Assembly (NCBI GenBank): GCA_964019335.1
Contig: OZ025683.1
Span: forward strand, 372,001 to 436,000
Direction: 5' to 3'
Length of the DNA stretch: 64,000 nucleotides
DNA from: Diplonema japonicum
Taxonomy: Eukaryota > Protista > Euglenozoa: Diplonemea
Part shown: piece by piece, positions 36,238 to 48,877 of the stretch
Layout: each line of letters begins with the position of its first letter
Position numbering within the stretch: position 1 is the stretch's first letter
The notes under the pieces: generated by a model
What the model was told of the DNA's origin: nothing
What the model saw: only the letters and a program-made list of their open reading frames with translations
Databases searched by the model: none
Translations under genes and position numbers: made by a program

Positions 36238-36436
36238 GGCGTTTTGTCTCTTCTTTTTTTTTTTGAAGTTTTAAAATCTTTTTTTTCTTCCCCCCCCCCT
36301 TCACGCCCCCTTACATGTACGTCCGGTTTCTTTTTTAGAGTATTGTTTTTTCTCCCAAACCTTTTTTTTTTTCTTTCCCCACCTCCTTAATTTACAAAAC
36401 AAATCAAATTCCCCCCCTCCCCCACCACCCACAGGG

Positions 36437-37446
36437 ATGACTGTCAAAAGGACGTTCACATGCATAGGGGGCGAAGAGAAGCCCAACAAGGCTGACAGGG
36501 TGGGTGTGGAGATAGAGGACCCCGACATGGGGAACCAGCTGTGCGAACTGTTCACCAGAATCCTGACAGCACCGTGCGACGACAGGGAGAAGGACGAGAA
36601 GGAGGGCGACGACGATGAGATGCCAAGGTCGCCCAAGGCACCTGCGACAACGGACAACATAGGTGACACACAATACGCATGGCAGAACGTGCTCCCCATC
36701 CGGGAGTCCCCTTACTGGGTGGGGAGGTACGTTGAGATAACATGCCCTATACAATACGAGCACCCCACGACAGGGGTGGTCGCACCAGGGACATTAGCCA
36801 AGATTCAAAACCCCCCTGACGTAGAAGGAGAGATGGAGGTGGTCTTGTCCGACGGCAGAGAAATAGACGTTTTCAAAGAAGAAGTCCTGCTTCTTGATTT
36901 ACAAGAGAGCATGGTCATCGCTGCCTTGGTGATCCTCCGGACAGAAGCCGTTCTCGCATCTTATCAAGCTACTATCAGGCGTAGGTTGGAACGGGTCAGA
37001 CAGCAGGTTGTGGCTGATTTTGAAGCAGCATTGGTACTGCGTCCTCCTGGGTTGGAGCTGCTCCCGCAGAAGGGGCGGGAAGAAGCGTTTAGGCTGCATG
37101 TGGACAACACCTACACATCCAATATGAAAGCTGTCCTCCATGATAGATATAAGAAGATGTACGGTAAAGCTTATATTGAGATCGTGGGGCCATCGGACCC
37201 TACACCATCTCAAAAGAAAGGGAGGAAGGTAGGTGCTGCATTGGTGGCTGCGGCCACCATCGTTGCTATCTCTGGAATCTGCCAGACTGATGTTGTTCCG
37301 TTACATTTCGATTACAGCAAGGTATGGGGGTGGGAAGGGAGGGGGAAAATTTTTTTTGTAAACAGACCTTCTCCCCTAGAGGCAGCCGTAGAAAGCGCAC
37401 TTCGCGTCACCGCCGACCGATTTTGGCTGTTGTTCCTCAAGCGTGA
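36437..37446 (+). CDS. Hypothetical protein, 2 exons
   Basis: Long coding-like ORF; intron 37322-37365 (GTATG..CAG) leads to TGA 37444-37446. Confidence 0.65.
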
Positions 37447-38062
37447 TTTTTTTTTCTTTTTTTTTTTTCTGTTCTCTCCTCTCTCCATGTACACTTCATT
37501 TTTGCGTTTTTTTTTTTTCTTGTTGTAGTTCTCAGGGGAAGGGGGGGGGGAGGGTTGTTTGTTTCTACGCGTTTTCATTTTTTTTTCCCGTAAGAAGAAG
37601 AAGGAAAAGAAGAAGAAGAAGAAAGAGAGGGGGGAAAAAAAAGAAAACTATGTGACATATGTTCCCGATTTTCAGCAGGAGAAAAAAAAAAAAAAAAAAG
37701 CAACGATGCAAAGCGGCTTTTTTTTTTCTTCTTTTTTTTTTTCTTCGAGGTGTTATATTACCCTCGAAAAAAAAAAATGAGAAAAAAGAAAACGAATAGG
37801 TTCTAAATGGGATTTTTACACAAAGGGGGGTTTCGAGAGATTTCCCCCAAGATTCCAAGGCAAACCCGGGAGGGAAAAAAAAAAAAAAATAGGAAGAAGA
37901 AAGGCAGAGACAACCCCCTTTGAGGGTCAACAACAAACAACGGGGGGTAGTGTTCAATTATTCTTGTCTCCGCCAGAGCAACAGACTTTTTTTTTTTCAG
38001 TAGATAACATGGAAATATAAGAAGCTACAACTCGGCCTCCTTTAACTCTTATATATATATAT

Positions 38063-39087
38063 GAGCTCGTCCGAAAAAAAATGTCAACACTTTTTTGGGC
38101 ACCTCCGAAAATTTCTTGTTTTGATTATTTGAGCAAAAAAAGGGCAGCATGCAACCATAGGAAGATGACATATATGGTGTACATGACGCCGTTCTTTCAA
38201 TTGCGATGCTTGTTTTGCCATGAGGGTGGCAGGCTTTGCAACCGGCTGCCCCCGGGAAGCGAAAAACAGAGGTCAGAAAAACGACGAAAAATGTTTAAAA
38301 TGCAGTTTAAAAGCTTGAAATGCAGCACCTAGGTGCATAAAAGTGGTGAACACACACCTTTGTGACCCCTGGGTACAACCCAGGGTCGGGTTACTGTTAA
38401 AAGTACTTAGCGAAAAATATATGGCGTTGCATAGCCCCCCAAAAACCGGGTTTGTTAGCCCTATTTTTTGCTTTTTCGAGGGTTCCTAAGGGAATTGGCC
38501 TAAAAGGCCCATTCCTTCCTGAAAACCCAATTCTTAACACTTGCCTGCTCAACATCAGTATCTTTGGGGCCAAATATGCATTCTCTACCCATCTGCTGAG
38601 GTTTGTCTTTTTTTTTCTTACTCATGACAAATTAAAGGTTGAGAAGTTTACTGTTAAAAGGCCCTTAAGGGATTTGGGCATTGTAGCCTAAAATAGGCCA
38701 AAATGGCAGTATTTTCTCCACCCCATTTTAATGGTGATAAAGAGCCCAAACCACCCAAAATGACCCCTTAAGCTTCACAGATTTCCCATCTGCGTCCATT
38801 TCTTCTCGCTTTTCATTGAAGAAAGCAAAAAAAGGAATATGGAGCCTGGGTCATTTACAATTTCCGGATGCCAAAAACTAAAAAAAAGCCATTCTAAAAA
38901 GCATGTTTTTGCACGCGCGTTTTAAAAATGAAACAAACGGCGCGCATTGTGACCTATATGGTGAACACACTTAGACCGCAATTCTGCACACAAAGTGGTG
39001 TCGGGCTACTTTTGTACTTAGAAATTTTCCCAGGATTTTCCGTTGCAAAAGAGGGTCATTTGTTGACATTTTTTTCCGGACGAGCTC
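38063..39087. mobile_element. Non-autonomous TIR DNA transposon, Sola-like (GAG..CTC termini), 1025 bp
   Basis: 27-bp TIRs at 38063-38089 and 39061-39087 with one mismatch; ATATAT on both flanks; homopolymer-poor interior with no transposase ORF. Confidence 0.85.
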
Positions 39088-39398
39088 ATATATTCTTTTT
39101 AAAAAAAGAGTCGACAAAGCTCCGTTCGGCTTTAACCTTCTACAGGGCATCGCCAACTTTGCACAAACAAAATGTCGAAATTGAATGGCGAATGCTCTAA
39201 CGCTGCGTGCTCATGACAACATTTCCCAACATCTAGCTTCTCGAATTTTCTCCCCCCCCCCCCCATCATTATGAATTTTACATTTATTTAAACTGAGACA
39301 AACAGAGGACACCTATATGGAAATATAAACAGCAGGAAATAAGTTGGCGAGAATGGCTTTTTCGCTCAATTGGTGCAGCTCCGAGAAAAAAAACATTG

Positions 39399-39436
<38 letters not shown>

Positions 39437-40402
39437 TTTTCTCCTTTCCCTCCCCCCGATTTTGATGGGGAAAAAGAAAAATTTAAAAAACGAGGTATTG
39501 GGAAACATTGGGCCTCTCTCTTCTTCTTTTTTTTTTCTATTCTCCCTTTACTTTCTGTTTTGAAGTGACAGAAATTTTATGGAAGTGTCCCTATAAAATA
39601 CCCTCTAACCTTTTATGTCAATAATGTCTTGAGTGTTTTCCTTTTTTTTCTTTTTCTTTTTCTTTTTTTTTCTGTAAAATGTTTTGTTTCGCAATGAGTA
39701 ACCCATTATGTGAGCGAGGGAGGCAGAAAGGTCAAAGGGAAAGAAAGAAGGGGGGGGGGGGGGGGGGGAAGCGAGAAAAAAAGGAAAAGGAAAAAGAAGG
39801 AAGTGAACAGAGGAGGTGGTATATGTCTTTTTTTTTTATTTGTTTCTTCTTCTACTTCCCGTTCCATTTCTTTTTTTAAAAAATCTTTTTTCTTCCTTTA
39901 CCTTTCTCCCCGTTGGTTTGCAATTTTTTTTCTGTTCTCTATTTATGTAGATAGTAGCACTGTTGATTTTTTTTTGGCTTCAGAAAATTAAGAGAAGGGT
40001 AGGGGTCAAAAAAAAGAGAAAAGAAAAGAAGAAACAGATAAAGATTTTTTTAAAGGCAAGGCAATGAACTTGCACACGCATGAGGTAGCTCAAAAAAAAA
40101 AAAAGGAAAAACGGAAAAACGAAAAAAGGATTCACGTCACATTAGGAAAAAAGGGTCCCCATTTTTTTTCTTTTTTTTTTTCTCCGTTTCCAATTTAAAA
40201 AAAAAAAAAAAACCCCACAATATCCACACACTGCACGCACAATGCTACCATATGTTCCTGGTTACTGATATTCTTCTTCATGATTCGATGATATTTTCTC
40301 CCCCTCTTTCCTTCCAAACCCCATCATCACAGACAGTGGGACCACCGAGGGCCAAACCAGCCCCGTCCCACCTAACCCTCAAAAAAAAAAAAAAAAAAGA
40401 AA

Positions 40403-42670
40403 ATGATCATCAGCTACATGAGGGCAGCATCAAGGAAAGCTGCGGTGCGGTCCGCACGGCGATTTTTCGGAGCGGACAGCCACACACTGTCTGACATGTT
40501 GAAGGGCGACATGGCAAAACCTGTGCGGCAAGGCAACGAGCCAGGAGAGCACCTTCACGAAGAGGTCCCGCCAGTCTTCAGGCGCCGGCATCACAACTTC
40601 ATCGACAAAATCACATTTCTTGCCAAAGCAGGAGACGGTGGCACCGGTGGGATCTTCTGGTACCGCTTCAAAAACAACCCATTCGCGGGCCCTGCAGGCG
40701 GACATGGCGGCGACGGTGGCCACGTGCGAGGGCAGTGCACCGACAGGTACCATTGCCTTGCACATCTCATCAAAGGTGCTTACATCACCTTCGACCCTGA
40801 AAACCCCGACGAACCAGTAGGCGTCTGCACGGCAGGAATGGGCATCAACGGGGACAGATCAGGAATGGGGGGCAATTTCGGACATCCTATCTTGCTGCCC
40901 TTGCCGCTGGGCACTGTAATCGTCGATGCCGATACCAACAGAGAACTGGTAGAGCTGACCAGAGTGGGGGAACTCTTCACCTTCGCCGAAGGTGGGAAGG
41001 GCGGGAAGGGCAACCAAAACCTCTCCAACCCCGTCATGACCTCTCCCGACTTCGCGGAGATGGGCCACTCTGGCGAGTCAAAGCTGTACACCCTCGAGCT
41101 TCGTTCCATTGCTGACATCGCCATGATAGGCCCTCCGAACAGTGGGAAGTCATCCCTCCTGGGTACCATGTCGCGAGGTGCCCCAGAGCCCTCCGACAAG
41201 CCCTTCAGCTCATGGAAGCCTTCCGTGGGTAAGGTCATGGCGGATGAGTCATTCCACTACTCGATGGTGGACCTGCCCCCACTCACAAAGGGTGCGCATC
41301 GATCGGAGACCCACCGGACCGGGAACGAGTTCCTCCGCCACGCCATCCGTGCTAACAGCTTGATCTATGTCGTGGACAGCACCTCTGCCATCCCTCTTCA
41401 CGAGGTCATCGCCAACATGCAGGAGGAGCTTGAATACTACGAAGAGGGTCTCTCCCACAAAGCCATCGCCGTCGCTGTGACCAAGATGGACATTGTGGTT
41501 GACGAGCGCAGCAGGACCCCCACCTGGGACAGGGTCACTGACCTCCAGCAGCGCATCAACCTCCCTGTCTTCCCCGTCTCCGCGCACACCAAGAAGGGTG
41601 TCCTCGACTTCGCGCTGTACCTCGCAAAGATGAACCGCGGCTTCGTGACGCAGAAGGAAGCAGACGAAGCAGAACGTATGCCGTGCAAACAAAAGAAACA
41701 ACCACAACCACGCTTAACACAACAGGAACCCGCAGCATGAAGGAGGATGTCAATGCGCTGGAGCAAATGCGGCTTGCGGAGACAAAACAAATCATCCTGC
41801 AGCGGGTGCAGGATTTCCACATGGGGCGGGCTGTGGAGGACGTCCTAGAGGAGAGGATCCGTGGGAGGCCCAACACAAACGAGGCAGGGAGGTCGCGTAT
41901 CGAACTGGCGAAGGACATGGTATACGAAAACGAGTACAATGGGCACGAAGAAGGCGGGGGGAGCACAGTGAAGATCACAGAGGTGGAAGAAGGGGTGGGT
42001 GAGCCGTTTGTAATGATGGATGAGGTGAACGACAGTGAAGTGCAGCCTGAGGACTGGGCAGTGGGCGGGATGGAGGACCTGGCCAGCGACAGAAGAACGA
42101 AGATTTACAAGTCGACTGACATGTGGAGCAACTTAGCGCTCGGCACAGATGAGATCGAAGAACAAAAGAGGTTGGAACTTCGAAAGGATGCAGAGGCTGC
42201 TTCCATTGCCGGCGCTTCTCTGACTGAGATCTCCAGACCCGAGTACATCAGGGACAGGTTCAAGGGGATCGATGCCACTCCTGACGATACAGAAATGGCA
42301 AGAAGGCACTTCGAGCGTGCTGCTGAGAAGCTTGAGTCTGTGCAGACACGCAAGCTCTTCCAGCCTAAGATCTACGACAACATTGCCGTCCACAAGGACG
42401 AGCCTGTTTACAGCCCTCCTGAGCTTCTGTCCCCTGGCCAAAAAGCCTTGAAGGAAGTCCTGGCAGACGGAGATCGCAAAACGGTATAAAACCATATCAA
42501 CACTAGACTCAACACCACCACAGGGGTTCGCGAAGCCCACACCGATGGACTACGATTTCAAGACACACAATGTCGACCAGGAGTTCCTCGACACCATGCG
42601 GGACAGCGCTGAGCAGCTGTTCGAACCGAGGGAGGCGGCCAGCCCGCTGGTGAAACCGAAAAACGAATGA
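40403..42670 (+). CDS. Obg/CgtA-family GTPase, probably mitochondrial, with long C-terminal extension; 3 exons
   Basis: FIDKI..AGDGGTG, GGKGGKGN, LELRSIADIAMIGPPNSGKSS, TKMD and SAH; Arg-rich presequence-like N-terminus; introns 41676-41725 and 42484-42523 join the separate ORF pieces. Confidence 0.88.
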
Positions 42671-42727
42671 GATAGAAAGCATATTACAACGCATCCTCGG
42701 GACACACAACACCACAGGGGCGGGTTC

Positions 42728-43819
42728 ATGGACCACTCGGTGCTGCGAGTGGCTGTTCAGCCCGGTTCGCTGGAGGCCGCAGCTCGGCAATTCCCTGCTG
42801 CAGGCTATTTCACACATCACAAATCCCTCCTTTCAGCAGAGGGTCTTGCCCAGTGCATTGAGGCACTGGAATCTGTTCTGAAGAGGGAACCGAACACTGA
42901 GGACTCTGGGGTTGCGCCAAGCAGTAATGTTGATGTTCCCATTACGCAAGCCACAAAGCTCCCCAGGCAGCACATCAGCACGCTGGATCAAAACGACAAG
43001 CGGCGCAAGCAGACGATGCACGCCATTAACGTGCACCGTGCGAGCAGCACCCTACGAGAGCTTGCCTCCAGCCCTGCAATTGGAGATTTGGTGTGTCGCT
43101 GCATGCAATGGCCGTCGACGAGGCTCGCGCAGGACCAGGTCTGGTACAAGCCTGCAGGTGCAAAGCCGCTGAGCTTCCACCGCGACACGACATACTTCGA
43201 TATGGTGCCGAAGGAGGTGTGCACAGTGTGGATCCCCTTCGATGACTTATCGACACCTGAAAAAGCTGACAAACTGGGGGCCTTGCAGTACTGTCCGGGC
43301 TCGCACCTCTGGGGCGATGGCAGGACGGGGTCAGCGAACCAGTTCTTTGACCAAGACTACACCGCGCTGCTTCGAGACGCTGGGCGCCGAGCGGGTGTCC
43401 TTGAACTGATGGAGCGGCAGGATTCTGAACTTGGGGCGAGTATCCAAGAACGGACAGCTGAGACAGCACGAATCTTGAAAATCGACCTTGTCTGTGTGGA
43501 AGCTGGCGGGTGCAGTATCCACGACGGGCGGACATGGCATGGGAGTGGGGCAAACACAGCAACACCGCCAAGCGTACCTAGCAAGAAGAAGCCAGCACCA
43601 AAACATGCAGCAGACCCATCAAAGCTCAAAGGAGACACCCAGGGACTGCGTCGGGGGATCGGGATCCATTATGTGTGTGGAGACGCACGGTTCGCCGCAG
43701 GTCCTCTTGGATCACTATGGGCGCCTTACAGGCCGCCAGATGCACTGCTGGCTGATGATGGAACAGCAGCGTTGCCCGATGAATATTTCCCTGTTGTGTG
43801 GCCAGTTGCCACGAGTTGA
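42728..43819 (+). CDS. Phytanoyl-CoA dioxygenase (PhyH)-family 2OG-Fe(II) oxygenase
   Basis: WYKP..FHRD..Y, VWIPFDD, GALQYCPGSH, WHGSGAN, RRGIGIHY. Confidence 0.85.
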   Translation: MDHSVLRVAVQPGSLEAAARQFPAAGYFTHHKSLLSAEGLAQCIEALESVLKREPNTEDSGVAPSSNVDVPITQATKLPRQHISTLDQNDKRRKQTMHAINVHRASSTLRELASSPAIGDLVCRCMQWPSTRLAQDQVWYKPAGAKPLSFHRDTTYFDMVPKEVCTVWIPFDDLSTPEKADKLGALQYCPGSHLWGDGRTGSANQFFDQDYTALLRDAGRRAGVLELMERQDSELGASIQERTAETARILKIDLVCVEAGGCSIHDGRTWHGSGANTATPPSVPSKKKPAPKHAADPSKLKGDTQGLRRGIGIHYVCGDARFAAGPLGSLWAPYRPPDALLADDGTAALPDEYFPVVWPVATS

Positions 43820-43955
43820 AGAATGGGGGGAAGAAGGTAAAAATTGTCAACGGAAGAAGAAATGGTGTTCGCTTTTTCGTGATTGATTAAACACTGTACA
43901 TCACAGGGGGAACTGTGCCGCCCAAAAAAAAAGGGGGGGAAGAGGAGGGGGGGAA

Positions 43956-46042
43956 ATGGAAGACTATCGTCAAGTGGCAGGTGGCCACGTGAACTTCAGG
44001 CAGGACACGAGGGGTTCTGTGCTAGACATATTTACAGGTGCAACCCCACATTGCGCTTACGTACAAGAAGTGAAAGTAGCAAGCGAATTCAATGAGAAGT
44101 GCACAGTACAGCTGCTGCGTAACCACTCCGTGAGTGTCCTGCGTTTCGCCACCATCGATGATAGGGTCTGGTTCACAACCAAACTGCGCATGCTGCAGGC
44201 AAGGCATGCATTGGACCAAGGCGAGAGACGGAGGCAGGATGCTGAGATCGAACGACTTGAAAAAATGAAGCAACGAGAGTTGGAAAAGAAGCTAGAATTT
44301 GAAAGAGAAAAACAAAGAAGGGAGATGGAGATGGACCAAGAAAGACGGAGAGAGAGGGAGCGAAGGGCGCATGAAATGGAACAGGGGCGGTATGCAGGGG
44401 CCAATCCGACGAGCAGGCTCACGAGAGCTGACCCACAAGTTGGTGGTGCCGCGGGGAGGCTTGCTGGGGGTGACGCTGAAGCACGAGCTTCAAGAGTGCA
44501 CACGGGAACTCACAACAGGCCGAAGAGACCGGACGTGTACACCGGTGCAACAGGTGTGGCCAGACCATTAAGGTCTAACTCCAGCGGAAGACGGACAGGG
44601 ACAGGGCCATACGGGACAGGGGCCCCTGCACCAGGGGTGCGTCCCATTGGGACAGAAAATATGAGTCGTCCTGTCTCTGGAGTGGTCCCTCTGCCCACCA
44701 CGGCAAGCTCCTCGTCACGTCCCTCCTCTTCCTACCATACCTCGAACCCCGTCTCCACTTCTGCCCCTCCTGCCCCAAGCGGTTCGTCCAGTGGGGGTAC
44801 GCACCAATTCCCTTCAAGTTTAGAAGCTGAAGAAGAGATGATCCGCAGGGCCATGGAACTCTCAAAAGCAGACTCAGGGAGCAACCTCACACAGAGGCCG
44901 CCTGCCCGCCCTGCCCCATCTGCAGCTCCCGCACCCAAAACAACCTCAAAACCTACGGAGGAAGAGTTGGATCAATTCAGGGTATGCTCTTCCTTTTAAT
45001 AATAATAAAATAAATAAACACCCAGTTACTGGAGGAGCTTGGGGAAGGCGCACAAGGATCGATATTCAGGGGGGAGACAATGGATGGGAGGAAACAATTC
45101 GTGCTGAAAAAAGTAAAATGCAAGTATGGAACGGAAGGGGGAGGGAAGACCACACACAACCCATCAGATCGAAAGAGGAAATGGACCGAACACACATATG
45201 GGCGCTGCAGTTCAAGATGAACATCCAGCATGACAATATTGTGGAGTACATCAAAGTGGACACCGAACCGGGGAGCAACAACGTATGCCTTAAATGTCAA
45301 ATGCACCTTCTTACCACTCGTTCAGGTGACGATTGCGATGCCGCTGTACCAAGAGCAGGACTTGGAGAAGTACATTGCCACGGCACCAGGGAAGATCGAC
45401 CAGAACGTGATCCTGAGCTTCACGCGTCAGATCGCAAGCGCGTTGAGTTATTTACACGACCTGCAGCTGAACTCAAAGCCTTTGGTGCACCGGGATTTAA
45501 AACCAGCTAACGTTCTGCTGGCGGAGAACAAAAAGAAATGTGTTTTGATAGACTTCGACTCGTGGGGGAAGGCAGGGAAGGCGGACTGTGAAGGCACCAT
45601 GGAGTTCACAGCACCGGAAACGATTAAAAAAGGAGAAGCGACAGGTGTTTCAGATGTGTGGTCTCTTGGTGCGATATTGTTTCTGCTGTTGGCGTTGCCT
45701 CCCTTTCCGATGGTATGGGGAAGAAAAAAAAAAAGAAAAGAAAAAAAAAAGAGAAAAAAAAAACAGCTCTACTGCCCTTCCAGCAAGGAGAACCTTCTGT
45801 TAAACGCCGAAGAATGGGGAACCGATCCCGAGATGCTTGCTGAAAGGATTCGACATGACATTCCGCGGTCGTACGACAAAATGCTTGTTGAGCTCTGTGT
45901 TTCTCTGCTCTGCCCCGACCCGGTCCGCCGCCCAGGGGCCAAGGAAGCTCTTAAACGGGTAGATGATATCCGAGCTCGCCTAGAGAGGGATAGGACATAT
46001 TCTGGTTACGAAGCTATCTCTGTCCCTGCTCAGTACAGATGA
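43956..46042 (+). CDS. Ser/Thr protein kinase with N-terminal extension, coiled coil and UIM-like motif; 5 exons
   Basis: LGEGAQG, VLKK, HRDLKPAN, APE and DVWSLG; UIM-like EEEMIRRAMELS; introns 44982-45025, 45124-45167, 45283-45325 and 45713-45766. Confidence 0.87.
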
Positions 46043-46645
46043 GAACAAAAAGGGGAGGGGATAAAAATAAAAAAATAAAAATAAAAAAATACACATTCTT
46101 TTATTCTGTCTGACCTTTTAGCCCACACACTTTTTTTTTTTTGTGTTTTTCTTGTTCCTTTAGATATGCCGTTTCTTTTAATTTTTAATATAAACATTTT
46201 AGAGGGGGGGGGGGAGTATTGCCTTGTGCAGAGTTTTTTTAAAGAAAGATTTCTTTTTTAAAAAAGAAGGGGGGAGGGTGGTGGGGGTGGAGAAAAAAAA
46301 TACATTTTTTCAAAAAAAATAAATGAACGGGGGTAATTTAAAAAAAAAAAAAAAGAGGAGGAGAAAGAAAAGTAAGAAGGAGAGAGAACAAAGAAGGGGG
46401 GAAATCCGAACCTTTTGAATAAATTTTAAATCTTTTTTTTTTTTAACTTTGTGGTTTCGCTCGTTCTCTTTTTCTCCTTTGTGTATTCCCCCCTCCTTCC
46501 CTACGTCTCCTCTTTTTTTTCTTCTTCTTTGTTCCATCAATCACCCTCACCGTGGCCCTCCACTAATTCCCACTGTTCGATTCACCCTTTAAAAAAAAAA
46601 AAAAAAAAAAAAAGAGGGAAACAAGCAAAAGGAAATGTTTGGGCA

Positions 46646-46683
<38 letters not shown>

Positions 46684-47029
46684 CTCTGGTCGTCTGTTTT
46701 GAAAAAAAGAAAAATTGTATTCAATATATTGTCAGTACCAAAGGCTATTCATGGCAACGCGGTTCGTTGATTTTATACAGTTTTTTTTCTTTTTTTTTTT
46801 TTTTTTTTTTTTTTTTTCCCCTTGGGATTAACACTCCTCCGTGCCACAACCATGTATTTTCGCTAGTGCGCACAAAAACAGGCAAGAGCGCTGTTCGGAA
46901 AAGTTTTTTTCTTTTTTTGTTTGTTCTTTGTTTTTTTTTTTTTTTTTCTTCTTTTTCCTTCCTCTCTTTTCCTTTGCTAACAAATAAAGAAGGGAGGGGG
47001 GGGTCCCCCGGGGAGGGAAAAAAAAAAGA

Positions 47030-47356
47030 ATGGGAAAGCTAAGCCAAGACCAGGCCATTGTGATGGTAGCAATTTGCATCACTACCATTCTACTGGCGAT
47101 CGTGTTGTTCACAATTTTCTTGGACAAGGTCGCACGGAGGAGGCAGGCAGCCTTACGGGGGGAAGACGCAAAGGAAAAAGGCCCCCGCCCAGTGACAGTA
47201 GCAGACGTGACTTACGAGCAAAGTGTGAACATACAGACAAGGCAGCATGAGTCCCCATACATAGACACTAAGCCAGCAACAGCAGTGACCTTTCAACACT
47301 CCCCGACGTCCAGCTGGAGCCCTGCGAAGCCAAACCCACTCCACACTACGTATGAC

Positions 47357-47393
<37 letters not shown>

Positions 47394-47460
47394 GTTCCTT
47401 CCCCACAGACGCCCAGACGGGCCTGTATTTACTCACCAAATAGAAAAGCCTATGTACTAG
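47030..47460 (+). CDS. Small single-pass membrane protein, 2 exons
   Basis: N-terminal TM helix followed by RRR; intron 47350-47408. Confidence 0.65.
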
Positions 47461-47548
47461 ATGATGATGTTTAGAAAAAAATATATTCTCCTTTTTTTTT
47501 TTTTTTTTTTCCTCTCCCGTCCCCTTTGCAGTCACCCAAGGGGACCAT

Positions 47549-48100
47549 ATGGCATGCTTGGATGAAAATTGGAAAGCGCGGATTACACAGTTGCTGCACT
47601 GGGCAGTGGAGGAGGAGAAGGACGACGGGGACATCCACCTTTCGTTGAGCTGCTACTGTGAGGCAATTGTGATGTTGCACAGGAAAGTCAGCATGGTGGG
47701 AGAGGACGAGGGTATGAAGGCAGCTGCGAAGGAGACGCTTCAGAACTGGTGTCGCAGGGCGCTGCTCCTGCAAACTGTGATAGGAGAGATGGGGGTGAGG
47801 ACTTCAACTCACCCTTTGCTCAAGGCGATACCCTCTGTGAGCCTCGAGGAAGGCGACGGGTGCACCTTTACCACTTCACATGTCGATCCTCTTCTGAAGG
47901 ACCCGAATGTGAATCCCACACCGCACCCTGTCCCGACACAGGACGCAGCTGCCTTCCTTGACATGCCCCTTCCCCCTTCTACACCGCCCTCCGACCCACG
48001 GCCACCCCCGTCGGCACCCAACGCTGCTAACACAGACGGTGACTTTGCCAATGTTTTCGACACGTTTCTCAAAAAACATAGCAACGATAAAGAGATTTGA
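47549..48100 (+). CDS. Hypothetical protein with possible MIT-like N-terminal domain
   Basis: AVEEEK..Y.EAI.ML..RRA.LL helical pattern; Pro-rich tail. Confidence 0.6.
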   Translation: MACLDENWKARITQLLHWAVEEEKDDGDIHLSLSCYCEAIVMLHRKVSMVGEDEGMKAAAKETLQNWCRRALLLQTVIGEMGVRTSTHPLLKAIPSVSLEEGDGCTFTTSHVDPLLKDPNVNPTPHPVPTQDAAAFLDMPLPPSTPPSDPRPPPSAPNAANTDGDFANVFDTFLKKHSNDKEI

Positions 48101-48425
48101 GAAGAAAGAGTGTGAGAAGAGAAAAAAAGAATAAAGAAAAAAAAAAAGCACACAAACAATCGATGTTTCCCTCGCGAGAAAGAAGTTCCTCCTGCTTTTC
48201 AGGTCCGCAGTTTGTGTGATGACTTCGGCAAATATGAAACTTGTCTTTCAGAAAGCAAACTGTTGATCTGAAATTGTTCGAAGGGCTTCGTTCCTTGCAG
48301 ACTTATCTTTCTGGCCATATTTCCTTTTTTTTTTTTTTCAAGTGTTTTCTCGCTGAGAGCCGAAGGAGAGGAGAGGGAGGCCATAAGCTAATGACAGGTG
48401 TCTGCAAACATTGGCACACGCAAAT

Positions 48426-48689
48426 GGGCCAAGAAACAACCTCCCGGGAGGCAGCCACAGGGAAGGCCGGGAGGGCGCAGGGCGCAGCAAGAGAACGCCC
48501 CTGCGTTCAGCCTCGAGGGGACCGCCCCGAATGTAATCAGCCAGGTCGGCTGTCCCAGGAAGGGGGAACGGAGCACCGAAGGGAAGGTTCAGCCCATGTG
48601 GTGGCCCTCTCGGTTACTCCAGACAAAAGACTGGACACACCCCGCCCCCCACCCCCACTTTCCCCCAGTGGTTATTATTGCAAAAAAAA
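48426..48689 (+). mobile_element. Orphan structured 3' end (5'-truncated copy) related to retroelement 1, abutting tRNA-Pro
   Basis: Homologous to 55041-55291, with identical blocks ATGTAATCAGCCA, CTCCAGACAAAAGACTGGA and CCCCCAGTGGTTATTATTGCAAAAAAAA. Confidence 0.7.
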
Positions 48690-48693
48690 CACC

Positions 48694-48765
48694 GGCTCGG
48701 TGGTCTAGTGGCATGATTCTCGCTTAGGGTGCGAGAGGTCCCGGGTTCAATTCCCGGCCGAGCCC
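48694..48765 (+). tRNA. tRNA-Pro(AGG)
   Basis: Acceptor GGCTCGG/CCGAGCC; anticodon arm CTCGC-TTAGGGT-GCGAG; GGTTCAATTCC; T-run terminator follows. Confidence 0.98.
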
Positions 48766-48824
48766 ATTTTTTCCCCCCCAAAGAGGTTCCTACACTTCCC
48801 TGGCCTGGGTTCCTTGGCGATTTG

Positions 48825-48836
48825 ACATCAGCCTCT
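48825..48836 (+). repeat. Left target-site duplication ACATCAGCCTCT
   Basis: Identical 12-mer at 61525-61536. Confidence 0.85.
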
Positions 48837-48839
48837 TAC

Positions 48840-48877
<38 letters not shown>

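Noticed and set aside
41683-42489. Separate gene or programmed frameshift after Obg
   Set aside because: Explained by the GT-AG intron 41676-41725
48217-48271. C/D box snoRNA (TGATGA..CTGA)
   Set aside because: Short, with no identifiable rRNA guide; could be chance
48541-48576. SRP RNA (CCAGGTCGG..AACGGAGCA resembles helix 8)
   Set aside because: The motif is interrupted, not conserved in the second copy, and there is no long rod-like SRP fold
48798-48830. ingi/L1Tc Pr77 signature or HDV-like ribozyme (CCCTGGC)
   Set aside because: Only 7 nt match, no complementary P1 strand, and it lies outside the TSD
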